From Daphnia carinata (lineage: Eukaryota): DNA of 64,000 nt. The notes under the pieces were generated by a model. The model ran no database searches, had not been told where the DNA came from, and saw nothing but the letters and a program-made list of their open reading frames with translations. Every line of letters starts with the position of its first letter. The stretch's first letter is position 1. The stretch covers positions 806,001 through 870,000 of the forward strand of contig NC_081334.1 of the NCBI RefSeq assembly GCF_022539665.2, written 5' to 3'. Positions 20,771 to 32,200 of this stretch are shown in pieces. The position numbers were made by a program, and so were the translations under genes.

Positions 20771-22548
20771 CCTAAAGACTGTTTCTACTTTCGTTTTCAA
20801 CGCCAATAATTGTTCTATTGTTTTCTTTTTTGTTTTTTACTGGATTTACTTAGATAGTCAACGATGGGTAAACGAATTCAACAGTTAACGATGTTGACGA
20901 CTTAAATGTACTGTCAGGTACTGTTTAGTGTTTACTACTGTTTGCTGTAGTACAACATGGCGGGATGGAATTGCTTTTTCCTAGCGCAGGACAGTGGTGC
21001 CATATGTGCCAATAACGTAATCAGAATCAGAGGACAGAACAGAACCATTTGTCCATTTCTCGTCCATTTCTGTAAATTTTATATCAACACTTTAAAAATG
21101 ATAAAAAATCCGAGACTTACGCAATGCCATTTGATCATCTTTTTTCTAGATAACTCTGTTCGCTAGTTAACCGTTTAACCGGTAATTTACAGATAACTAG
21201 CCACACCAACTAGCGGTCGATGCGGTCAAAGTTTACGGTCGAAGAAGGAATTTGAATAAACATTGCCCACAAAGAAGGAGGAGTCTGCTGAATATTGAAA
21301 TTGCTGATCGATTGTTAGGCCGACTTTGATCACCTTTCAGCGGACAATGGCGACGCTTGTACGTGGTACGATTGTGAACGTCAATGTAACGGTGCACCAC
21401 CAACGGCGTAGCACTGTTGGTTAGCGTCATGGAAAATTAAGATATTAGAAATTCTGTGTTTTATTTGTATAATAATTATTTTTTTTGACAGAAATACCGT
21501 GGAAGTTGGCATTTGAGAAAAGACGTCAATTTTTCGTTAGCACCTGAACTAGTATTGAATTAATTGGTTCAATGGTATCAGCTTCCTCGTGGGAAGGAAC
21601 ACAAAGCCCGAAAGGTATTGTTGATCCTTAAAAAAATTATACCAATTAATATCTTACATCCAATTACATTTTAAGTTGTAAACTATGTAATGTTGACCAA
21701 GTTGTCTGTGGGTCAATACCTGATTTACAGATTTTAAAATAACCAAATACCTTCAGACTGAAAACACATGAAAATCATTGAGGAATAAGGTACTTTACAT
21801 AAAATGGCATCTAATTATAAATTTGACCTGATCTAACCTGCACTTGTAACATAAGGGTTGTAGACTGTGGATGTTGATCAGTTATCTGTGGGTGGAAATC
21901 TTCTTGACCATTGGGCAAAATATCCTGAGACTGAAAAACACATGTTAAAAAAATCTAGCTAAAAAGGAGTCTAAGTGTAAGATAACATAGAACATGTTTT
22001 CTCTGTCTAGTTTTTTTGGTCAATTTCAATCATGTCAATTAGATTTCTGACACCAAATAACTGGCCAGCCTTCTACTTTGTACAAACCTAAAAATGTTAC
22101 ATGATGAAGCCATTAACTGATGAAGTTCAATACTTTTCAGGTTTTATGTTTCTGTCCAAGAGCAAGGTGATACTACTGAACAAGTAACTTCCATACTGGT
22201 TCAAGTACCATTGCAAAATCAAAGTCCTCTTTCTAATGCTGTCTTTCAAGGTGTTTCTATCATAAAATAAAAAATGTACAAATGAACTGCAGAATTACTG
22301 ATGAGGGTTTACCTGACGGACAGGGGTCTTCCATTGAAGACCACAAATCAACACCGGCGTATCAGAAATCCATATTATCAGGAAATTCTAGTAAGGTTTT
22401 GAACGAATTTGTTCATTTATAATTTTTTTTTACCAGGCCTTTTTGTAATTCGGATTTCCATAGGAATTCGACAATGGCGTGTCATGTGACGAAATTGATG
22501 CCATGGTCGTCCATTGAGGAGCCATGGAGTGTACTTCATCTAATCATG

Positions 22549-22720
22549 TATTCCAGCAATCAGACCGGCTAGAACAGTATGCTTTTCTCCATTTGAGCTC
22601 CTAATCCATCGAAGAGCACAACAACAGCCTAGAAACGTATACATATATATCAATATAACAGCAGCAAATTCATTTTATTTGTTGCATAATAAAGCACGGC
22701 TAAATAGTTGAGAGCATGGA
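22549..22720 (-). pseudogene. Inverted, degenerate duplicate of the TMEM135 intron-end/exon fragment at 19185-19362
   Basis: The reverse complement aligns to 19185-19362 (tccatgc.ctcaactatttagccgtgctttatta.gcaac ... cgtttctag|gctgtt..ttgtgctcttcgatggatt...gccggtctg.ttgctggaata), with substitutions and a 1-bp indel in the exon part. Confidence 0.88.
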
Positions 22721-23200
22721 ATTTTATTAGCCGAGTTCTTATTAAAGTCAGGTAGAAAATTCTTGTTTCAAAACAGGACTTTAACTTCGTTTCGTTCTGC
22801 CATCATTAAAGTCAGGGGCCGTCGAAGGACCTGTTGGGGATGCATGAAGATGAAAAATTAGCAGAATCATTGAATTCCAAAAATACAGTTTCAAGTGAAC
22901 GGCAGACATGCGTCTAACGAGCCGCAATCAACATCCTTGTATTTTTATTCCAAATATAATTTTTCTAAGAAATTTCTAGCCTCTCTAAAAAAACAAGCCC
23001 TACTGTTCGAACGAAAGCACGTCAAATCGCTGCATTTAAGAAATGCTGTACGGTTTTCATCCATTACACTTGTTGGAAGCCACAGTCTAAACTAAACTAA
23101 ACTCGCCAGTGGCGAGTACTAGTTAGTTTAGTAGAAAATTCGAATAAAACAATATCTCTTGAAATTGGGAAGAAATAAACGGAAATAATGTGCTATCGGC

Positions 23201-23590
23201 CAGACTTGCCGCGCCGATCAATTTTCCGATCTCGATCTCCGATCCGATCTTTTGAGTTTGATCGGATCGGGCGATCGAGATCGGCCGATCATTTTTACCG
23301 ATCATTGTGCGACATCTAACGCTGAAAATTTACACTATTTAACGAATTTAGTATTGGCTGTCACAGCGACAGTCACTGACGGCCATTGAGGGTGAACACT
23401 AAACAGTTTCCCTCAATTGGCATTCGCAAAAATAGTAGTGAAAGAGAACCATGCGACTGCAAAATCGACAGCTAGATGGCGAAAAGTTTGATCGCTCAAA
23501 AAGATCGGATCGCGATCAATTTTTTGGGATCATTTTTTGAGCGAAGATCGGATCGGCGATCAATTTTTGATCGCGATCGCGGCAAGTCTG
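23201..23590. mobile_element. hAT-type MITE, 390 bp
   Basis: 13-bp TIRs CAGACTTGCCGCG / CGCGGCAAGTCTG, perfect 8-bp target-site duplication CTATCGGC (23193-23200 and 23591-23598), dense subterminal GATC(G) repeats, no coding capacity. An 8-bp TSD with CAG termini is typical of hAT. Confidence 0.92.
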
Positions 23591-24211
23591 CTATCGGCGC
23601 ACCAGCTTTATCTTATGGTTTTTTACGTTTGTCTGAAAAATATAAGCCAATTGAAAAAATAAACTTAATTTCGCGCTTATCATTCAATTCGCGATCGAAA
23701 TGATGTATTTTAAGTCAAATTTCAATTGAATTGAATTTGAGTTTGGCATGGAGTGTGGAGTGTGGCATTGGAGTGTGGCAAAAACTGGCCCTCATCGGAA
23801 TTGGCTGAATATCACAGGATTTACTCAAAATTGAATGCTTATTCCGGCAAAATTGCTATTTTTTTCATTAAGTTAATCGTTTTCGAAATACACCGAGTAT
23901 TTGACGCAATGCTAGCGCGCCAGTACGCTACAGCGCTAGGGCGATGCAGCAGAAGATTCGTTGAGTGCATGTAGGGAATTAAGTAGAAATCTGACAGGGA
24001 GATGGCGACTATGGCAATCCGTTTTACCCCCCCCCCCCCCCCCTATATGGCAATCCGTTTTACATGAAAAAAAAAAAAAAAATGGCGGAAAAAAAAAAAA
24101 ATCACACTTTTTTCTCTTTTTTCTACCCGTAGCCATCTACCAGTCGGTTTCGTTATTACAGGCATGTAAGCAATTTGAGTTAATTGTATCCCATTAGCAG
24201 TTAATGGAGTA

Positions 24212-24265
24212 GCGTGGCTGGAGAAAAACGCGTGGCTGGAGAAAAACTCGTGGCTGGAGAAAAAT
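24212..24265 (+). repeat. 3 x 18-bp tandem repeat (GCGTGGCTGGAGAAAAAC)
   Basis: Three adjacent near-identical copies read directly. Confidence 0.9.
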
Positions 24266-24282
24266 ATTTAAAAATGGATAAG

Positions 24283-24840
24283 ATTAGATAAAATTATGAA
24301 GCTGCAGGCTCAATTTTTTCAACAGCACAGAATCTTAGATGACAACAAAACTAAGGATGGTAATATGAAATGATTGTATTTGTGTTCTTTTATTCATTTG
24401 TGTTTTTTAGCTCAAACTTTGTGTCTACAAGCTCAGTTACTGGAAAATAACAAATTAGAACTGGACACTTTCAAAACAGTGAAGGAGGTTTTCCAAACTC
24501 ATCCCTAACTGAATGTGAGGATGAGTTGGCATGTAAGTAAGTAAAAACATTATTATATTGGTTTTCAATTATTAATTATTGTTTATTAGATCAAATTATG
24601 AAGCTGCAGGCCCAATTATTGGAACAACACAAAATATTAGATAACAGCAAAGCTAAGGATGGTAAGGCCTAATACGTAATGATTCTATTTATTTGCTTTT
24701 ATTCATTTGTGTTTTGAAGCTCAAATTTTGAGTCTACCAGCACAGCTAGGGGAAAAGAATAAATTGGAACGGAACAGTTTCCAAACAGTGAAGGAGGTTT
24801 TTCAAAACTCTTCCCTAAGTGAATGTGAGGATGAGTTGGC
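24283..24840 (+). repeat. Diverged tandem duplication of a two-exon unit (24283-24530 and 24585-24840)
   Basis: Both units carry ATTATGAAGCTGCAGGC...CTAAGGATG|gt, an intron, ag|CTCAAA...AAACAGTGAAGGAGGTTTT...GAATGTGAGGATGAGTTGGC. Confidence 0.88.
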
Positions 24841-25830
24841 GTTAGGCGAACACAGTCAGGTACCTAAACTTTTCAAATAAGAATTCAAAATAAGTATAGA
24901 ATTTTAAAAAACAATTATTTATTGTTAAGTTATTCAATCCACCACCTGACAGTGTGTTAAATTTAAATTCTGTTAGTGCTGCAACAAAAGAATCGATAGT
25001 AATCAGTCCATGCAGCGAAGGAACTGAACAATTGTGGGACCGTATTTGGGCCGAAAATGTGTGTGGTACGGAAACCCAGAAATGGCATGAGTTCAACATA
25101 AAACATGGATTAGGTACTTTTCGGTTTTTTGTCTATTGAAAAAGTATTTTTAATGCTGTTATTTTGCATTGACAGAATTTTAGCGGGGGATCAAGTAAAA
25201 TCTGGAAGTGTTACAAGATGGAAGAGTGAGCCTACAGTTGAAAAACACTGAAAGTGCATTACCATTAAGGTATGAGCTGCTTCTCTTGCTAAAGAACAAC
25301 TTGTCCTTTACGTTCAGAGTGTTGGTGAAGCTGGGTACTTAAATGGCTCTAAAGATGTTTCACTTCGCTGGCATTGCAGTGATGAACATCATACATGGAC
25401 TTTTTAGGTATGAAAGGAATTTTCTTGAAAATTTTTTGAATTTATGACGAAGCATTTCTCCTCCTTTTTGCCAACCATGTCTAATCTAAAAAAAATTTAT
25501 CCAATAGGAAAGGATTTTCAGCATACTGGGAACACAACTATCAACAATGCAACATTCTAGGGGTGTTATTTTATCATTCAAGAGCCTTATACAATGATTT
25601 TCATCTGCAATTTGTATGGCCTTTCCCAAGCTTCTGCCAGAAGTTGAATCTATAAGTCATGTAAGTCACATGAGCAACAATTGAGATGCTTAATGGTGTT
25701 TTTCTTTTCTCAGCATAGGTTAATAGTAACATTGGATCTGAAAAGATTCTTGGTTGGGGCAAGACACTGAATAAATTGTAATGATTGAATGGATGACATG
25801 ACATTTCTATACTTAATTTGGATTCCCGAG
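24283..25830 (+). pseudogene. Decayed intron-containing gene in the left arm of the palindromic element
   Basis: Series of GT-AG-bounded segments with protein-like translation (MKLQAQ..., EQLWDRIWAENVCG...KHGL, MIFICN...KLLPEV|VNSNIGSEKILGWG), interrupted by stops and frameshifts. Confidence 0.55.
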
Positions 25831-26511
25831 ACGGTATTTTATATTTAAAAAATTGAAGTGCATATCTGGGCTCCCTTCCTTTCCGTAGCCCCGTTTCCCC
25901 TTGACTCGTAATAAGCCCGTAGGGGGTCATGCCCCTACTGTACGGTATATATAAAAACAACATATACCGAGGTTTGGAGGGCTCTGGCCGGAAAGGGGAC
26001 GTGGGGGTCCGCTTAGTCCGATGATGTGTTCACGGAGGGCTACGTGGCTACACACAAATCCGAACTAAAGGTTAATCGCTCCTGTAAAAATGTTCCAAAT
26101 CTTCAGCTCTTCTTCCGGCTTCTCTTAGCCAATCACCGGGTAATCTCCCCGGTGGGTCAACAAGGCAGTGTCTCCCCCTGCCTGGGGTGACGGCAACTTT
26201 TGAAAGGGCTATTGTGCCTTTTTAAAGTTGCAAAAATAATTGTAATGTGCAGAGAATTGTCAATAAATTTTTTTTTACAAAATGTTTTTTGCAAAATTTG
26301 TTTCTTCCATTGTCTGTGTTCACACACTACATTTATCAGCTTTTTCTATTATTCAATTTATCTTTCTTGTTTTTGCCACCGTTGTGTCGTTTATCTGTAG
26401 GTATTCAATTGTTATTTGTTAAACTTTTTGAATTCTTGGACTTAGACAAGGAACAACGTGTAATACCTGGATATTTTTTGAAGTAGTTTTGTATTTGTAT
26501 ATTGTTTTACT

Positions 26512-26572
26512 GGTATGGGAATCGATCCCCAGTCATTCAGCGTGCAACGCCGATGCTTTAACATTGAGCCAC
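26512..26572 (-). other. tRNA-like (tRNA-derived) sequence with TGC in the anticodon-loop position
   Basis: Minus strand reads TGGCTCAATGTTAAAGC (A box/D arm), TCGGC-GTTGCAC-GCTGA (anticodon arm), GGGGATCGATTCCC (T arm/B-box-like). No convincing acceptor stem. Confidence 0.65.
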
Positions 26573-26675
26573 GAGATATATCTAAATTTTTTTTTATCGC
26601 ATATCGTATGTTATCGTCTAGGATGTTTATGCAGTCTATCACAACTATATGTTGATCTTTCTATTTTTTTCATAA

Positions 26676-26738
26676 GGTCCATAGCTATGTGGTAGAGCAT
26701 TCAGCTCCGATAACTGTTACCATGGGTTCAAACCTTAG
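26676..26738 (+). other. Degenerate tRNA-like sequence with A and B boxes
   Basis: TAGCTATGTGGTAGAGC (A box) and GGTTCAAACC (B box) at tRNA-like spacing. Stems are poorly paired. Confidence 0.55.
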
Positions 26739-26865
26739 TAGATGTATAAAGATCTACATCTAAATGTATAAAAGAGTATTGCAGTATTGCATTTCAGTTT
26801 TATTCAAAGTGTAAATGCAAGTCCGCAAGTGACTAGAAAAAAGCCAACTTAACTTCATATGATTC

Positions 26866-26925
26866 ATGGCTCATTGGTAGGGCATCGGCGCGGTATGCCG
26901 AACATCCAGGGTTCGATCCCTGGAT
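26866..26925 (+). other. tRNA-like (tRNA-derived) sequence with GGT in the anticodon-loop position
   Basis: TGGCTCATTGGTAGGGC (A box/D arm), TCGGC-GCGGTAT-GCCGA (anticodon arm), CCAGGGTTCGATCCCTGG (T arm/B box). The acceptor stem is not paired. Confidence 0.7.
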
Positions 26926-27544
26926 AATAATTAATTAAATGCTTACAGAAATACGATAAACCAATGGAAACAATGCTTACCATCAAAGGTGGTATTAACA
27001 TTAAAGGTGAATTGAGCAAGCTAAATAAGAAAAAAAAGGCTGATAAATGTAGTGTGTGAACACAGACAATGAGAGAAACAAATTTTGCAAAAAACATTTT
27101 GTAAAAAAAAATTTATTGACAATTCTCTGCACATTACAACTATTTTTGCAACTTTAAAAAGGCACAATAGCCCTTTCAAAAGTTGCCGTCAACCCAGGCA
27201 GGGGGAGACACTGCCTTGTTGACCCACCGGGGAGATTACCCGGTGATTGGCTAAGAGAAGCCGGAAGAAGAGCCGAAGATTTGGAACATTTTTACTGGAG
27301 CGATTAACCTTTAGTTCGGATTTGTGGGTAGCCACGTCGCCCTCCGTGAACACATCATCGGACTAAGCGGACCCCCACGTCCCCTTTCCGGCCAGAGCCC
27401 TCCAAACCTCGGTATATGTTATTTTTATATATACCGTACAGTAGGGGCATGACCCCCTACGGGCTTATTATGAGTCAAGGGGAAACGGGGCTACGGAAAG
27501 GAAGGGAGCCCAGATATGCACTTCAATTTTTAAATAATTAATAC

Positions 27545-29200
27545 CGTAATACGCGGGAATACACAGGCGAATCATGGAGGGAAGTTCAATTCCGTACTTC
27601 AAATTATTATAACTTTTCGTCATCACATCCCAACCAGAAACCTTCGCAGGTTCACTATTGCTATTAATCTAAATTAAGAAAATAAAACATAGATAAGCAT
27701 AAAACGTTCTTATTGATATAGCTTACTTGGTACATAAATTCATCATCTGCCATATTCCTGTAGATTGCTGGCAGGAGCTTCTAAAAGGCTATGCAGTTGC
27801 AAATGATCACCACAGCCAAAACTTGAATACGAAAGTTTGGGAGAACCTTTCGTGTTGGCCACAGAGACCTTCCATGGGCTTTCCGATTGGACGTTCCATG
27901 CACCTTAAAAAAAAAAAGAAAGGTTACAAAGTTGGTTGTTCTGATCACTAAACGTGAAGGTAAAGAAGGTACATGGTCTCGGCAGTCTTGACGACAATTT
28001 CCATTATAACCTCATATCACCTCATTTTATGGAAAAAGAATTTCGTAGGCGACAGTTCCGAATAGAAAATGGTTGCATTCAAATCTTTTGACAGGTCGGG
28101 TTAAGGAATGTCGCATTAGGGAGTGCAAACCGCGATTTTCAAAACTACTAAATGCTTGTTAGCCATTGAAAGATTGCTGGCTGACGCAGGCAATCGTTTG
28201 GGACATGATTAATGAGCTGCTTCGTGGATAAAGCTCTTTTTTTTTAGTCCTCTCCAGGATGACATGAATTCCAGCATGTTCTACACATGTATCAGCAATT
28301 AGCGCTACACCAATTAAAACAATTAAAAAATTTAAAATAGTACCACCTTTTAATGTTTTTGACTCCACGATTCGTCTTCGTTGCAACTGGGAAGGCAAGG
28401 CAACTGACCTATGGTGATTTATTCTTCGCACTTGCCATAACCATTGTCCCAACATATCAGCTTTTCTGCCAACAGTAGTTTGCTAATACGACATTGACGA
28501 TTAAAATTAGAAAACTAAACAAACTCAGCAGAAAAGCATTACCAGGGGGTAACATCTTGCATGTTGATGAAGAATCCTCGGTTTATAATTTACATGGCAG
28601 AATATCCACATTGCCTGGATGGCGCAACCCTTTGTGTAATCACAAAATAATAAGTAAAACATATTGAATTGAAACCAAATTTAAATGAAGTTTTACTCAA
28701 CAGCCGGCTAGCACCTCTGAATTCCAAAACTACACCTACACATTCATATCAAGCTTTTCCAGCATGTCTCACCTTTGGCATTTGTTTAAGTCATTCCTTC
28801 AAAAATTTTTAATAAATGTAAATAAAGTAAATAATTGATATTTATGTGACATTGGAGTACCATTTGACTGTCAAGCATCCCATACAAGATAGGCATTTTG
28901 AAGAATCAGTGGCAGCAATCAAGTGCTACAATGTGAATATGGGCTAGATGTTATAGTCGCTGAGGGCTCTCAATCCCTAAACTGAACCTTCCTCACTGAT
29001 GTGACAATCTATAAAAGGATTGAAATCTGAATTAATAGGATATGCAGGATACTGCATAAAATTATAGTAAAGATGGTACCAAATGCTGAGTTACTAGAAA
29101 TTTTACCTGGGAAATCTCCAACTGACATGTGAAACATAAGTCAGCTGTTCTGCATTTGCAAATCCAGTGTTCCAAGTGACCATATTATCCAATCCATGTC
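27545..29200 (-). pseudogene. Decayed intron-containing gene in the right arm, paralogous to the left-arm remnant
   Basis: Multiple minus-strand GT-AG segments with stops. The 3' part (VIICNCIAF*KLLPAI...|INSNSEPAKVSGW) aligns with the left-arm remnant, including the intron position. Confidence 0.55.
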
Positions 29201-32200
29201 TGAATGAATGAATGAGAAAATTAAATAGGAATCTGGCCGCTAGATGGCTATGCAGGAAAAAAGAAAAAAAAGGCCGAAAATTTTTTTTTTTGGGGGGGTA
29301 AAACGGATTGCCATATCTAACAGCGTTCCGAGTCAAACGGCTTTCCCTAGAACAAAGGGCGACCATCTTGTGTCCGCGGTAATATCTTGTGGGGTACTCA
29401 AACAACTTTTTAGGGTCTGCAGGTTCTACTGTTAACTCGTATCCTTGCATGATCAAAATTGCCAATGAAGCGATCTAAAAGTGAAGAACACTCTTGGCTT
29501 TTCGATAAAAGGAAAAGATATCTCAACAATGAACATACCAGATGATGTATCACAGACTTCCTTCCTTTGCTTTATTTCGAGGAGACATTACCTGATTTCA
29601 CCTGCCACTTGATGCTAAGTACAGGGTGCCCTTTACTTCCCACAGATCCAAGTGCTATGAAAAAAAAAAAAACTGACAATTTTCTTGTGATGTCATCGAT
29701 GGAAGTTAGATTTTTGAACTAGTTATTTATCTCCTTTTCAATATGTACATAGAATGCAAATACAGAAATACAAACTGTGCATGAATTTCTGTCAGTCTAG
29801 CCCATTACTTGTTTCAATCTTTTGAGCTTACGATGACATAATATACAGCCATTATAAAAGAAACACTATTTGGCGGGGATAGCGAACACAGAACAAACAA
29901 AATTGATTTAAAAAAAAAAAAAAAATTCTATGGTAGTAAAACGTACAGTTAAAAACTGTCTTACAAACACGAAATAAATGATTTAGCAAAACATTAGGAA
30001 GCTCTTCCTTGTCAAACAAAAAACTTCTTGCCGATTCGGGAAGCATCGTAGATCAGGTATGTTCTCTGCGTAAAAAAAAATTATTTCTTTTTTTTTTTTC
30101 TTTTTCATTTTCTTCGTTTTTTTTTTTTTTTTAAAGCAAGGATGGGGCAGGGGGCACGGATTATGGGATATTTTTATATATATAAACACATCTATCTACC
30201 GGCAATGAAAAATAAATCATGAAACATCTCAATTGATTCCACACATGAGCTAAAAAAAAAAAACACATTGACATTTGAATTGCCCTCGACTGTAAAATTT
30301 AAATCTCAAATTCTCGCTAGTTGGTTCATTTTCCTGAGACATGGCGACAAGAGCGCGCTCGATGAAGTGTGAACACGGGGAAAAAGGAGTCGGGGGGAAA
30401 TTTCTGAAGGTACAGGCAAAATCAGCTCAGCGAACGAACAACTGAGTTTCGATCATGCTCTGCGTGAAACTATGGTCTTTGAAGGGAACGTTATACTAAA
30501 GAAAGAAGAACCTGATTTTCGAATGCTAGCGAGGCAAACATTTAAATGGAGTAAAAAAAAAAAGGGCTACATTTTCCTAATTCCATTCTAACGTCCATCA
30601 ATGGCGAAACGTTCACAGATCAGGACGCATTCGAAATGGCGCTGATTTGTCGCTTGCAAAGCACGTAGCTTTCAAAACAGAGGACATTCGCCTTAGCGTC
30701 CTATACGGCGGCAATGTCATCTAAATAGCAAGAAATAAAAAAAAAAAAACACACGAAAACAAAATACAAGCAATCGCGTAATAAAACTACACGGCGCATT
30801 CGAAAAAAAAAAAAAAAAAAAATCAAATGAACGTTTTAAATGATTCGAGCTAAACAACTTTCCCCTTTAACAGTTGTTATAGTTCTGATAGTTTTGTGTG
30901 TATCTACAATAATGGTAAGGACGTGGCTCTGATTGTCCATGAAATTTCCCTCCCTATTCCCACAACCGTATTCTTCACTAAAGATGAATGAATAAAGACG
31001 GACTTTATCGATTCAAAAGATGCGTCGGCTATCATCGAAAAGCAGCAGGATGAGAGAGCAAAGTTCTTCCCCTTCTGGCATTATAAACAAACCGAAACGA
31101 TTAGGCGTTGGTAGGCTGGGGCAGCTACCGCATCTGCATTTTACACTCGAATTTTTCTCAATCCTATTTACATCAGCAGGAGAAAGTCGTTGGAGCGTGT
31201 AACGTTCCTTTTCAAAGTACTTGTGCGGTACACAATACGCATAAAAAAACAAAAAACAAAAAACAAAACAAAATCGTATAACGTGAATGTGGCTGCAAGA
31301 CGTGGAGGGAAAGTTAAACTGCGTTACACCACTCCGTTATCTTTCGGTTTTCAATTTTTGCAGCAGATCAATTCAGCTGGGTTGGTATCATGTGATCAAC
31401 TTAAAAACGAGCTGCCTCCGGTCATAGCCCCGCGACGATAGTAGGCACAGCTTAGAAGTCCTCCTAAATGAAATGAAAAGAAAAAACAATTTTCAATATT
31501 AGTATTCCGAAATTCCATCATCGCATTTTCTTCTTTAATGTTTTCTTTTTTTTTTTTTTTTTTTTTTTTCACGATTGGCTGAAAAAACAAGTCTGGTAAT
31601 AGCAAAGACGACAAATGGCTTATGTATTCGAGGAGGGCGATCAGGTTGGGATGAACGTGAGAAAGCTAAAGCATACGTCTGTGGAAGCTTCATTTTTTAC
31701 TGGTTATGTAACAAAACAAATGTTACGTGTTTAAAATTCCCTGTGATTGTGCAAGCAATGCGGTCATAGTACGGTCTACGCACACGTAAAACAAAAAATA
31801 AAGCTTAAAAAAAAAAATGCGGGATGAAAGCCACGATGCTAACCGCCCTACCCGCAATAAAATGTGCACATGCCTACGCCACCATTTAGGAATGCTCTAA
31901 TCTGCACCTCATCACGTTTGGGGCGGCAATCATAAAAATTTCTACAATAGTTTTCACTGTTGAATTCACGAGAAAAAGAAAAAAAAAAGAGTTGCATAAA
32001 ACTAAAGAGCGATAAGACGACATACAGGAGCTGATCACGATAAACGGCGTTCGTGATAAACGTTAAATTATTTGATTATACTAGTGGCAAACTCTATGCC
32101 CCATCCCCATCACCTAAACATTCCTTTGCCCCGACTATGCGACAATCAGTGCGACGTTCTTCTAAGGAAGTGGGGGTCAACAAAGACGAGGTGTTAAAAG

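Larger units (their letters stand above)
25842..27536. repeat. Long inverted repeat: 25842-26340 vs 27039-27536 (~500-bp arms, ~700-bp spacer)
   Basis: Arms are reverse complements with roughly a dozen differences counted by eye (~97% identity). Confidence 0.97.
24010..29315. mobile_element. ~5.3-kb palindromic TIR-bounded element, probably a decayed DNA transposon of uncertain superfamily
   Basis: Left TATGGCAATCCGTTTTACCCC (24010; partly repeated at 24046) and right GGGGTAAAACGGATTGCCATA (ends 29315), with shared subterminal TAGCCATCTA/TAGATGGCTA. The internal arms are mutually homologous. The TSD could be read as TA, AT or ATAT. Confidence 0.7.

Noticed and set aside
24212..24265. CRISPR-like short repeats (also 54863-54929)
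   Set aside because: The repeats are directly adjacent with no unique spacers, no cas genes are present, and the context is eukaryotic.
25842..26340. Hammerhead or HDV-like ribozyme in the hairpin-rich arm
   Set aside because: I could not find an intact CUGAUGA/GAAA core or the HDV nested pseudoknot by eye; a covariance-model search is needed.
26512..26925. Functional tRNA genes (Ala/Thr)
   Set aside because: Acceptor stems do not pair and the anticodon-loop and T-arm geometry is non-canonical, so they are reported as tRNA-like only.
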